A stretch of 64,000 nt of DNA, from positions 14,541 through 78,540 of the forward strand of contig JAPPMG010000054.1 in the NCBI GenBank assembly GCA_028819215.1, given 5' to 3'. Of the stretch, positions 36,631-46,295 are shown one piece after another (position 1 is the first letter of the stretch; each line of letters starts with the position of its first letter). Source of the stretch: Bryobacterales bacterium (GTDB lineage Bacteria > Acidobacteriota > Terriglobia > Bryobacterales > UBA6623). The position numbers and the translations under genes are program-made. Below the pieces are notes generated by a model that did not search any database, had not been told where the DNA came from, and saw only the letters and a list, made by a program, of their open reading frames with translations.

Positions 36631-37449
36631 CTAGGGTTCGCGTTCCGGTGGAGGCCTGTCGGTAGCGAGGCTCTGGAGTCGCTCCTCCAAGGCCCGCACT
36701 CGCTCCTCCGCTGCACTCGCACGCTCTTCCGCCGCCCGTCGCCGTTGATCGGCTGCTGCCAGTCCCCCGTCGAACTCCTCACCCGTGGCCGGGTCGCGGA
36801 ACACTAGCACGGTTGCCCCAGCCTGCCTCTCGCTGCGCAAATCCAACCCCAGCACCTCGCTCCAGAGGTGCCGCCCCGCGCCCGCCACAGGCTCCACCGG
36901 GCCATAGCGGCCCGCGCTGGCCACATACCCCTCCAGCGGACTGCTCATCAATGCCCCGTCCGGGTCCAGCCGCCAGTACTCGCGCACCCCGATCCGGGCG
37001 TATTCCCGCGCCTTGTGCTGAGCATCATTGTGCGTTGTCGACGGTGACGCCACCTCCAGCACGAAATCGGGCCCTTTGCCTTCCTCCCAGACCTTGTATG
37101 AGCCGCGCTTCACCGCCCGCGGCACCCCCAGCACCACCTGCACATCCGGTTGCAACTTGGCCGCCGTCTGGCCGCGCTGGTAGTAAACCACCAGTTCCAT
37201 CGCCACCAGCACGTTCTCGCGCTCTGCGAAGTGGAGGTCCAATGCCGCCGCAGCCTGCCGCACCGCCACCCCGTGCGCGACGCTCTGCGCGATCCAATGT
37301 CCCTCCGGATACTCGATGTCCTCGGGCTCCGGTGCCGCTGCGGGAGCAGCTGGCGCGGTCCGGGCGGGGTCTTGCGTTGCTGTGGCGGGAGTCGACGACA
37401 TGGCGCACTCGAACGCGCCCGAAGGCGCTGCCTTCGTAGAATACAGCAC
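36631..37449 (-). CDS. Uma2-family (DUF820) endonuclease with Ala/Pro-rich N-extension and C-terminal coiled coil
   Basis: The PD-(D/E)xK-like core reads LQPDVQVVLG...KGPDFVLEVASPSTTHNDAQHKAREYARIGVREYWRLDP. The C-terminal region reads AAEERASAAEERVRALEERLQSL. The start is uncertain, and ATG 37401 is an alternative. Confidence 0.78.
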   Translation of the reverse strand: MLYSTKAAPSGAFECAMSSTPATATQDPARTAPAAPAAAPEPEDIEYPEGHWIAQSVAHGVAVRQAAAALDLHFAERENVLVAMELVVYYQRGQTAAKLQPDVQVVLGVPRAVKRGSYKVWEEGKGPDFVLEVASPSTTHNDAQHKAREYARIGVREYWRLDPDGALMSSPLEGYVASAGRYGPVEPVAGAGRHLWSEVLGLDLRSERQAGATVLVFRDPATGEEFDGGLAAADQRRRAAEERASAAEERVRALEERLQSLATDRPPPEREP

Positions 37450-37704
37450 CCTCGGTCGGAAGTGGCGCGGGGACGCGGGGCCCGGCGGCAGCCTGGTCGG
37501 CTGGCCTTGGATGGCGATTGTAGGGAATCAGGTTGCCATAAGAGACTCTCGGCCGAGCCCATCGCTTCGTCCGGCGCTTGAGGATTGCTCCGCATGCTGC
37601 GGGGGCAGGGTTCTTGGATCGAGACCTGATCCTGATCGTGGCTGCTCAGTTGCTGGAAGCAGTTAAGTTGGGTACGATCCTAGTGCAGACTCGAGTGTCA
37701 GGAT

Positions 37705-38985
37705 ATGACCCGCAAGCAGTCCAGAGACCGCCGACAGTTCCTTAAGGGAGCGAGCTACGCGCTCGCCTTGCCGCTGCTGCCCTCCCTGCCGGGCGCGGTG
37801 GAGGCCACGCCCGAGCCATCGAATGGCAAAGCCAAGCGTCTGGTATGTGTCGGCACGCAACTGGGGTTCTACAAGCCGGAGTTCTTCGCAGAAAGCGACA
37901 CGCCTCGACTGATGCAGCCGTTCAGGGATGCCGGTCTGGACAGCAAGTTCACCACCATTTCTGGCTTGGATCACAAGGGCCCGACCGGCAATGGCCACGA
38001 ACTCGTGTACACGCTCTATACCGGCCACGTTGTCCGCAGCATCTCGTTGGACCAGTTCGTCGCCCCCACTCTTGGCGGTGACACGCGGTACGAGTCGTTG
38101 CAGCTCTGCTGCGGCGAGGCACAGCAGAAGGCGTCTCTGTCGTTCTCAGCTTCCGGCCTTCCGCTTCCTGTGACGCTCCGTCCCAGTGCGCTTTACGCCC
38201 GTGTGTTCGGGGCTGGCTCGGTGGCGCTGAAGCGGCAGACCTATTTGATTGATTCCGGCAAGAGCTTGCTAGATGAGTTGACTGGCGAGGCGAAAGTCGT
38301 CAGTGCGCGCGCCAATGCCCCCGACCGCAGGAAGCTGGACGAATACTTCACTTCGATCCGCGCTGTGGAGGAGAAGCTCAAGCGCCGCCGGGATTGGCTC
38401 GACAGGCCGTTTCCAGTGCCTCCCGAGGGTCTGGAACTTCCGGTCGAAGAAAACGTCGACGGTTCGTTTCTGCTCGACAACGAAGACTTGATGTGGGACT
38501 TGATGGCGCTGGCGATCACGAATGATTCGACCCGCGTAATCTCAATGACCATTCCGATCACCGACCGGGCCCTGATGGTCAACGGCAGCTTCATGGGCGA
38601 GGGCTATCACCGCCTGTCCCACCACGGGAACAAGCAGGAAAAGATCAGCGGCTTGCTGACTATCGAGGAGCGCCACATGCAGGGCGCGGCCCGCTTCCTG
38701 AAAGCCCTCAGCGAGGCGCAGGATGTTGATGGCAGGTCCATGCTGGATTCCACCGTCACGCTGATCGGCAGTGCAATGGGTGACGCCGCTGCCCATCGCC
38801 GGACCAACTACCCGCTCTTCGTGGCGGGCGGTGGCTTCAACCACCGGCGCCATATCTCCTGCGGAGACGGCGCGGTTGCGAACACCATGGCGTGCGACCT
38901 GTATGTGACCGTGTTGCAGCAGTTGGGATTCGAAGTCGATAAGTTCAGCACCAGCGAGTCCGATCTCAACGGCGTGCTGACATGA
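37705..38985 (+). CDS. DUF1552 domain protein with twin-arginine signal
   Basis: 426-aa ORF with the TAT motif SRDRRQFLKGASYALALPLL. It is paired by an ATGA overlap with the downstream multi-DUF cytochrome-c-motif protein, the usual DUF1552/DUF1592 arrangement. Confidence 0.78.
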   Translation: MTRKQSRDRRQFLKGASYALALPLLPSLPGAVEATPEPSNGKAKRLVCVGTQLGFYKPEFFAESDTPRLMQPFRDAGLDSKFTTISGLDHKGPTGNGHELVYTLYTGHVVRSISLDQFVAPTLGGDTRYESLQLCCGEAQQKASLSFSASGLPLPVTLRPSALYARVFGAGSVALKRQTYLIDSGKSLLDELTGEAKVVSARANAPDRRKLDEYFTSIRAVEEKLKRRRDWLDRPFPVPPEGLELPVEENVDGSFLLDNEDLMWDLMALAITNDSTRVISMTIPITDRALMVNGSFMGEGYHRLSHHGNKQEKISGLLTIEERHMQGAARFLKALSEAQDVDGRSMLDSTVTLIGSAMGDAAAHRRTNYPLFVAGGGFNHRRHISCGDGAVANTMACDLYVTVLQQLGFEVDKFSTSESDLNGVLT

Positions 38986-41444
38986 TGACCGCTGCGCGGA
39001 TCGGCCTTGCGGCCGGACTCGTTGGGCTCGCTCCCGCGTTCGGCGCGGATGCGCCAGAAGCTGTCGGCAGCGAATTCACCGCGACGTATTGCCAGTCCTG
39101 TCACGGTCGTGACAATCCCAGCGGCGGATTTCGCGCCGATCCCTCGGCGCACGAGTTCCAGGATGGTACGTCACGGGAGCAGTGGGCGCGGGCCGGCGCC
39201 CTCGTGAATGCGAGACTCATGCCGCCCCGGCAGGCTCCGCAGCCGCCCGCGGACTTGAGAGAACTGTTCTTGTCTGAAGTGCAGGATCTGCTCGCATCCG
39301 GCGAACCAGAGCACTCCGATGGCTTGGTGCGGCGCATGAATCGCATCGAGTACTTGAACACCGTGCGGGACCTTTTCGGAATCCGCGAGATCAGGTTGCC
39401 GGTGACGTTTCCTGACGATGCGCCGGGTCAGCGCTTCGACACGATGGTCGAGGGCACGCACCTCACGCCTGGCCACTTGGATGCATACCAGCAGGTCGCG
39501 ATTGATATCGCCGATCGCATGGTTCCGCTGCCCGGCATGCCCGTGGCCAACTTCGCATCGGTCCGGGCCAGCATCGGCCAGGATCCGTCGCGGACCAAGT
39601 TCTTTCTCCGGGACGGCGATGAGACAGGTCTTTACTTCACCGGGGTCAACATCGCGGGGTGGTCCGGGGCGCTGTGGGACCGGGCGTTCATCGCGCAGGC
39701 GTCGGGCGTGTACCGCGTGCGCATCAAGGCCAGCGCCGAGGCCGTGGCCGGCGCCGATGGCAAGCCGTTGCGGCTGGGCTTCTATGCCCTCAATCCCGCT
39801 GACTACGACCTGCCCAAGCGGGCTCTGCGTGTCGACCTGCCGCGTGTTGGAGAGCTGATCGTCAGCAATCGCGAGCCGGAGATCTTGGAAACTGAAGTCC
39901 ACCTGGAGAGGGGCGAGAACTTTCAGATCTACTGCGAGAACCGGCTGCGCAAGCACTACCCCCCGGCGCTGATCCGGACTTCGGGCAATACCGCTGATCT
40001 GCGCAGGCTATTGGCGACCTACCTCGAGGAGTCTTACGAATCTTCCGAGCCCACGATCCGTTTCGAGAGCATCGAGATCAGCGGGCCGATCGGACCGCTG
40101 CCGAGGCAGGTGCGATTCTTGGGAGGCCAGGAGCCGACCGCAGACCGCGCTTACGCCGAGGCGATCCTGCTTCCGTTGGCGGAGCGTGCTTTTCGCCGGC
40201 CATTGATGCCTGGCGAGCGCGAGGATCTGATTTCCGGCGCGCTGAGCCACGCGCAGGAAGCGGCCGATCCGGCGTATGGCATCCACTACGGTGTCCGCAA
40301 GATCCTGCTTTCGCCCCAATTCCTGTACCGCGAGTCAGGTTCAGGAGCATTGGACGACTATGGCCTAGCTAGCAGGCTGTCGTATTTCCTGTGGAGCAGC
40401 ATGCCGGATGCGCGCTTGCTGGAATTGGCGGCAGCCGGACAACTCAAGCGGGCAGAAGTTCTTGACGGAGAGATCGGCCGCATGGTCCGCGACGCCAAGG
40501 CGCAGCGGTTCGTCAAGCACTTCACCGGCCAGTGGCTGGGCAACCGCAAGGCATCCGCCGTGATGGTATGTGACGTGCGACATGTCTGGAGTGAGCTAAT
40601 CCGCTACGGCATGGTGCGCGGGACCGAGCTGTTCTTCGACGAGATCCTGCAACACAACCGCTCTATCCGGACATTTATTGATTCGGATTTCACCTATGCG
40701 AATGAGCCGATGCGGATCGCCTGGGGCATGCCGGGTAATGAAGTGGATCTGAGACGACTGGAGGCAGATCAGAGGCAGAGTCTGTTATGGCCGGAGCCCG
40801 AACGGCTGGAATTCGGATCCCTCGGGCCGGATGTGCCGGCCCACGTCAAGACGCGAGGCGGCGTGTTGGGTCTATCCGGCGTGTTCGCCGCGACCGGGGA
40901 TGGCGTGGAATCGTCGCCGATCCTGCGTGGTGTGTGGGTCTTGGAGAACCTGCTCGGCCGGCCGCCGCCGCCCCCGCCGAGTGATGTTCCGGCACTGGTG
41001 GCAGACATCTCGCAAGCCGAGAGTGTGCAGGAAGTCTTGGCAGCGCACCAAAAAATCGAGTCATGTGCGATCTGCCACTCTGCAATCGACCCAATCGGCC
41101 TGGCGCTGGAGAATTACGACGCCGCTGGTGGATGGCGAACGTCGTACTACCGAGAGGAGGGCTCGGCAGCCCCGCAAGCGCCCGTGCAGGCTGTGAGTGA
41201 GATGCCGGATGGTACGAAGTTAGCGGGTGCGCAGGACTTGAAGGACTACATCATGGCCAGTCCGGGAGACTTCACGAGGACACTGGCTGGCTTGCTGATC
41301 GAGTACGGCACGGGCAGGGAACTGACCGCGCGCGACCGGCGAACTGTCCAGCGAATCGTAGCGGACGAGCCGCAGGGCGGCTACGGGTTTCGAGACCTAA
41401 TCTCGAGCGTGGTCTCGAGCGAGTCGTTCGCAACTAGAAGGTAG
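38982..41444 (+). CDS. DUF1587/DUF1592/DUF1595/DUF1588/DUF1585-type protein with CxxCH motifs
   Basis: 820-aa ORF with a signal peptide. It has an N-terminal CQSCHG and a C-terminal IESCAICHSAIDPIGLALENYD, which is DUF1585-like. Confidence 0.78.
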   Translation: MMTAARIGLAAGLVGLAPAFGADAPEAVGSEFTATYCQSCHGRDNPSGGFRADPSAHEFQDGTSREQWARAGALVNARLMPPRQAPQPPADLRELFLSEVQDLLASGEPEHSDGLVRRMNRIEYLNTVRDLFGIREIRLPVTFPDDAPGQRFDTMVEGTHLTPGHLDAYQQVAIDIADRMVPLPGMPVANFASVRASIGQDPSRTKFFLRDGDETGLYFTGVNIAGWSGALWDRAFIAQASGVYRVRIKASAEAVAGADGKPLRLGFYALNPADYDLPKRALRVDLPRVGELIVSNREPEILETEVHLERGENFQIYCENRLRKHYPPALIRTSGNTADLRRLLATYLEESYESSEPTIRFESIEISGPIGPLPRQVRFLGGQEPTADRAYAEAILLPLAERAFRRPLMPGEREDLISGALSHAQEAADPAYGIHYGVRKILLSPQFLYRESGSGALDDYGLASRLSYFLWSSMPDARLLELAAAGQLKRAEVLDGEIGRMVRDAKAQRFVKHFTGQWLGNRKASAVMVCDVRHVWSELIRYGMVRGTELFFDEILQHNRSIRTFIDSDFTYANEPMRIAWGMPGNEVDLRRLEADQRQSLLWPEPERLEFGSLGPDVPAHVKTRGGVLGLSGVFAATGDGVESSPILRGVWVLENLLGRPPPPPPSDVPALVADISQAESVQEVLAAHQKIESCAICHSAIDPIGLALENYDAAGGWRTSYYREEGSAAPQAPVQAVSEMPDGTKLAGAQDLKDYIMASPGDFTRTLAGLLIEYGTGRELTARDRRTVQRIVADEPQGGYGFRDLISSVVSSESFATRR

Positions 41445-41829
41445 CGTCGGATTCTGCTTCTTGACTTCGGTCCGTATTGGACGCTCACTTGGAACTACAA
41501 ATTTTCCTGCAGAAAATCCGCGATGACGAAATCCCAGTAATTCGTTGAAAATAAATATCTTACAAACAATCCTCTCCCGCATTCTGGATGTGTGACTGCA
41601 AAAAATCTGACCCAAAATCCGTTTCGTTCGTACGCTAGAGCAGTTGCGAGGCAGACGCAGTCCCAAAATGCAGCGAGGGCACTTGTACAAGCATTCGGCA
41701 ACCACCTGCGTGCTAGAGTGGGCTTGCGAGAGCGGCCTGCTGATCGCCTTGCTCTAGAGCCGTCTGCGCTCCGGCGGATCGAGGATCCAATCCTCCCAGA
41801 CTGCTCTGTACCATCAATTGAGAGACACC

Positions 41830-43386
41830 ATGCGCATTGCCACTTCAGTCGCCCTGTTTGTCGCGGGAGTCATTTGCTCTTGTACGGCGGAACAGCCCGA
41901 GAGAGCCCCGAACATCGTACTGATTTTGGCCGACGACTTCGGCGTCGGAGATATCCAGGCGCACTACCCGGACAACAAGATCGCTACGCCCTATCTGGAC
42001 AAGCTAGTTCAAGAGGGCATGAGCTTCACGGATGCCCATAGCCCGTCGGCGGTCTGCACGCCGACCCGCTACGGCTTGCTGACCGGGAGGTACTCGTGGC
42101 GCACCCGCCTTCAGGAGTGGGTGCTGGCGGCTTACGAACCGCCGCTGATCGCCGCTGATCGTCCCACGCTGCCGGGGATGCTGCGCGAGCATGGGTACGA
42201 GACGGCCTTGATTGGCAAGTGGCATCTCGGCTGGGAATGGCCCGGGCCGCAGCCGAGCCTCATGACCGAGGTGCGCAATGGACAGAAGACCCTCGAATGG
42301 CATCTGGACAAGCCCGTCCTGAATGGTCCGACCACTCGGGGCTTCGACTACTATTTCGGCGTGGACTTGCCGAATATGCCGCCGTTCTCCTACGTGGAGA
42401 ACGACATCGTAACTCCTGCCCCGACTTCTACTTATGTCCATGACGAGTCCGAGGGTGTCGTGCTGCCGCGGGGCTTCGTAGGCAGCCCCATGGCTCCCGG
42501 CTGGCGCTTGCGCGAAATCGTCCCCGAACTTACGCGCAGGGCGGTCGAGCAGGTCCGCTCGCGGGCCCAGAGCGACAAGCCATTTTTCCTGTTCTATTCA
42601 ATGACCTCGCCGCACGAGCCGATATCGCCGTCCCAGCCCTTTCAGGACAAGAGCGGCATCGCGCCCATTGCGGACTTCGTGATGGAGACCGACTGGTCGG
42701 CAGGGCAGGTCATCCAAGCCGTTGACGATGCGGGAATCGCCGAAGACACCATCGTGATCTTCACGGCGGACAACGGTCATTCGCACTACACGGGATGGGA
42801 ACCTCTGGTTGAAGCCGGCCACATGCCCAGTGGCCCATATCGCGGGCACAAGGGTGACATCTGGGAAGGCGGGCACAGAGTCCCCTTAGTCGTTCGCTGG
42901 CCAGGCAAGATTGCACCCCACTCCCAAAGCGACCAGCTGGTCAGCTTGACGGATATCTTCGCGACAAGCCTGGAGGTAGTTGAGGCGGACCTGCCCCAGG
43001 ACGGTGCCGAAGACAGCGTCAGCTTCTTGGATGCCGCGCTTGGCCAAGAAGCAGCCGAAGGGCGCACATCGTTGGTAAGCCACTCCAATCACGGCGAGTT
43101 CGCCTACCGCGACGGGCCGTGGAAGCTGGTATTCCGCAACAGCGAACCGAACCTAGACGAGTCCCGCGGCAAACCGACCGTTCCAGAACTCTACAATCTC
43201 GCCGAAGACATCGCTGAATCGAAGAACTTGGCCGAAGAACGCCCCGAGGTCGTCGAGGAACTCCGGGCGAAGTTTGACGCGATGATTGAGCGGGGTGCCA
43301 CTCGCGCGGGGATCGCTTCGCGAAATGACGGCGATGTCCAGTACACCACGACGCAAGAGGTGCGCTGGGTGCCTGCCGCGGAGTAA
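41830..43386 (+). CDS. sulfatase (arylsulfatase family), secreted
   Basis: Track ORF (TTG 41818) trimmed to ATG 41830. It has a signal peptide, ILADDFGVGD, and the formylglycine motif CTPTRYGLLTGRY. Confidence 0.9.
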   Translation: MRIATSVALFVAGVICSCTAEQPERAPNIVLILADDFGVGDIQAHYPDNKIATPYLDKLVQEGMSFTDAHSPSAVCTPTRYGLLTGRYSWRTRLQEWVLAAYEPPLIAADRPTLPGMLREHGYETALIGKWHLGWEWPGPQPSLMTEVRNGQKTLEWHLDKPVLNGPTTRGFDYYFGVDLPNMPPFSYVENDIVTPAPTSTYVHDESEGVVLPRGFVGSPMAPGWRLREIVPELTRRAVEQVRSRAQSDKPFFLFYSMTSPHEPISPSQPFQDKSGIAPIADFVMETDWSAGQVIQAVDDAGIAEDTIVIFTADNGHSHYTGWEPLVEAGHMPSGPYRGHKGDIWEGGHRVPLVVRWPGKIAPHSQSDQLVSLTDIFATSLEVVEADLPQDGAEDSVSFLDAALGQEAAEGRTSLVSHSNHGEFAYRDGPWKLVFRNSEPNLDESRGKPTVPELYNLAEDIAESKNLAEERPEVVEELRAKFDAMIERGATRAGIASRNDGDVQYTTTQEVRWVPAAE

Positions 43387-43589
43387 GCCTAGACTCCGTC
43401 TCGAGGTATGAGATTGCGTCCAAGCACGTCAGCTTGACCTCACACACGAGGCTCCCAGACCGTCCGGAGCGGGCGGAGTGGATCGGCCGACTTGACCTGT
43501 CGAAACCTCTGCTTGAAAGCCCTATCTGGTGCGGAGCGGGGTAGAATGCACGCTGTGCGCGGCCCCTCGGGGTCGCTAGGAAACCTGCC

Positions 43590-44810
43590 GTGCCGGCCCA
43601 TACCACCCACCGACGTCACTTTCTCCTCGGCGCCGCCGCTGCCAGCGCCGCGACCACTCTTGCCTATCCAGCCAACGAAACCGTAAACATCGGCTGCATA
43701 GGCACCGGAGGACGTTGTCGTCGACTGATGCAGAATCTCGCCGGCGTACCCGGTACGCGCATCACGGCGGTCTGCGACATCTGGGACGAGTCCCTCGAAC
43801 AGGCAAGGCAGATCGCCGGAAGCGGTGCTTTCGTGACGATGGACTACCACGAACTGCTGGAACGAACTGATGTCGATGCCGTCCTGATCGGCTCGCCGGA
43901 CCACTGGCACGTTCCAATGACGGTCGACGCTTGCAACAGCGGCAAAGACGTGTATGTCGAGAAGCCCCTGACGCATGACCTCAGCGAAGGCGACGCTGTG
44001 ATTCGGGCACAGGATGCGAACCAGAGGATCGTGCAGGTCGGCACGCAGCAGCGCAGCATGCCGCAATTCGAGAGAGCACGGGACATCCTCAGGGGCGGAG
44101 GGCTCGGGACGGTTCACAAGGTACGCATGACGTGGAACCGAAATCGGCGGTCGGGTCGCCCGGGAGCGGACGAGATCGATTCGTCCACTCTCGACTGGCA
44201 GCGGTTCTTGGGAAACGCGCCGCTACAGCCCTTCGATGGCTACCGCTTCAGGAACTGGCGCTGGTTCTGGGACTTTGGCGGAGGCATTCTCACCGACCTG
44301 ATGGTGCATTGGATCGATGCCGTCAATTGGCTGCTCGACTTGCCCGATCCGGCCTTGGCCACAACGATAGGAGGCACGTTCGCCATGGATCGCTGGGAGG
44401 CGCCGGACACGATCCAGACTCTGCTTAGCTATCCCGAGAGGAACCTTCAGGTCCATTTCGAGGGCACGTTCGTGAACCAACGCGACAAGGCCATGGTCGA
44501 GATCATGGGCACCAAGGGCACGATGTACTTGGATCGCGGGCGGTATGAGATTCTCCCGGAACCCGGCAGCGGCATAGGGGCCGAGCTGTTCGAGCCCGGG
44601 ACCGGGGGCCGCGGGGCCGACTTCGACGTCGACGGCGAGACGCCGCATTTGCAGAACTGGATCGACGCAGTGCGCAGTCGCAAGAAGCCCAACACGCAGG
44701 CGGAAGAGGGCGTCCGCGCTTGCGTCAGCGCACATCTAGGGAACCTCGCCTTCCGCACAGGTCAAGTGGCGCGCTTGGAAGACCTCAAGCAGGGCGGCTT
44801 GGCTGACTAG
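43590..44810 (+). CDS. Gfo/Idh/MocA-family oxidoreductase with twin-arginine signal
   Basis: 406-aa ORF with a GTG start, the TAT motif HRRHFLLGAAAASAATTLA, and the Rossmann motif IGCIGTGGRC. Confidence 0.88.
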   Translation: MPAHTTHRRHFLLGAAAASAATTLAYPANETVNIGCIGTGGRCRRLMQNLAGVPGTRITAVCDIWDESLEQARQIAGSGAFVTMDYHELLERTDVDAVLIGSPDHWHVPMTVDACNSGKDVYVEKPLTHDLSEGDAVIRAQDANQRIVQVGTQQRSMPQFERARDILRGGGLGTVHKVRMTWNRNRRSGRPGADEIDSSTLDWQRFLGNAPLQPFDGYRFRNWRWFWDFGGGILTDLMVHWIDAVNWLLDLPDPALATTIGGTFAMDRWEAPDTIQTLLSYPERNLQVHFEGTFVNQRDKAMVEIMGTKGTMYLDRGRYEILPEPGSGIGAELFEPGTGGRGADFDVDGETPHLQNWIDAVRSRKKPNTQAEEGVRACVSAHLGNLAFRTGQVARLEDLKQGGLAD

Positions 44811-44879
44811 GCCCTCGTCTGCAGTCCGCGTTTCGTCCGGCTGCAGCCAGTTGGAGGCCAGTGTTGCGGAGCGAGCCGC

Positions 44880-46295
44880 CTAGGCGAGCAAGTCCCGAAC
44901 GACTTCCCCGTGGACATCTGTGAGCCGGAAGTCTCGACCGGCGTGGCGGAAGGTCAGCCTCGTGTGATCCAAGCCGAGTAAGTGCAGGATCGTGGCGTGC
45001 AGATCGTGGAAGTGGACCTTGTTCTCTACGCCGTAGTAGCCGTACTCGTCGGTTTGGCCGTACGTAATGCCGGGTTTGATTCCGCCCCCGGCCAGCCACA
45101 TCGTGAAGCCGTGCGGATTGTGGTCGCGTCCATCAGCGTTCTCTGCTGTCGGCGTGCGGCCGAACTCGCCGCCCCAAATGACCAGCGTCTCGTCGAGCAG
45201 GCCGCGTGCCTTTAGGTCCTTGACGAGACCGGCGATTGGCTTATCCACCTGGGCGCACATCTTGGTGAGCGAGTTCTTCAGGTCAAAGTGGTGGTCCCAG
45301 CCGTTGCTGTTGCACTGCACGAAGCGCACTCCGCTCTCGCTGAATCGACGCGCCATGAGGCACTGCCGGCCGAAATCTTCGGTAACCGGATCGTTCAGGC
45401 CGTACATCGCCTTGGTCGCAGCGCTCTCGGAGCTCATGTCCTGGACCGACGGCGCCTCCGTTTGCATGCGGAAGGCCAGTTCGAACGTTGCGATGCGGTC
45501 TTCCAACTCGGGGTCGGGACCGTTCCGGGCCAGTTGGCGTCGCGAGACATCCGATAGCATGTCGAGTTCCAGGCGCTGCAGGCGTTTTCGCTGCCCGTCG
45601 CCGATGAACGGGAAACTGGCCTCCTTCGCCTTGACGTTGCCGTAGCCCAGCGGCGTGCCTTGATGGGCCGCCGGCAAGAAGGCGGAGCCGAAATTGTTCG
45701 CGCCTCCCTCGGCCAAGGCCTGGCAGATGGTGATGTAGCCGGGCAGGTTCTGGTTCTCCGAACCAAGGCCGTACGTTAGCCATGACCCCATGGCCGGCCG
45801 GATGAACGTGTCGCTGCCGGTGTGCCACTCGAGCACGGCGCCGCCGTGCCGGGGATTGGTGCAGTGCATCGAGCGCACAATCGCCAGATCGTCGACGATG
45901 CCCGCCACGTGCGGAAAGAGCTCGCTGACATCGGCACCGCTCTGGCCATGCTGCTTGAACTCGAACGGCGAGCCGATCAAGTCGCCGGCGCGGCGCGGGA
46001 ACGAAATGATGCGCGGCTTGGCGAACGGCAGGGGCTTGCCGCTGTCACGGTTGAGAAGCGGCTTCGGGTCGAACGTGTCGATGTGCGAGGGGCCGCCGAA
46101 CATGAACAGCATGATGACGCGCTTGGCGCGCGGCTCGAAGTGCGGCTCGCGCAGCGCTATCGGGCCCGATGCTTCGGCTTCTTCGGCGAGCAGCGAGGTG
46201 AGCGCAAGCCAGCCGAATCCCGCGCCCATCTGCTTGAGAGCCTCGCGACGGGAGGCTCCCGCTTCGATGCCTTGAGACTGCATTGCCGACATCAT
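44880..46295 (-). CDS. DUF1501 domain protein (sulfatase-like fold) with twin-arginine signal
   Basis: Track ORF trimmed to ATG 46295, which forms an ATGA overlap with the stop of the upstream DUF1553 gene. TAT motif SRREALKQMGAGFGWLAL. Confidence 0.85.
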   Translation of the reverse strand: MMSAMQSQGIEAGASRREALKQMGAGFGWLALTSLLAEEAEASGPIALREPHFEPRAKRVIMLFMFGGPSHIDTFDPKPLLNRDSGKPLPFAKPRIISFPRRAGDLIGSPFEFKQHGQSGADVSELFPHVAGIVDDLAIVRSMHCTNPRHGGAVLEWHTGSDTFIRPAMGSWLTYGLGSENQNLPGYITICQALAEGGANNFGSAFLPAAHQGTPLGYGNVKAKEASFPFIGDGQRKRLQRLELDMLSDVSRRQLARNGPDPELEDRIATFELAFRMQTEAPSVQDMSSESAATKAMYGLNDPVTEDFGRQCLMARRFSESGVRFVQCNSNGWDHHFDLKNSLTKMCAQVDKPIAGLVKDLKARGLLDETLVIWGGEFGRTPTAENADGRDHNPHGFTMWLAGGGIKPGITYGQTDEYGYYGVENKVHFHDLHATILHLLGLDHTRLTFRHAGRDFRLTDVHGEVVRDLLA

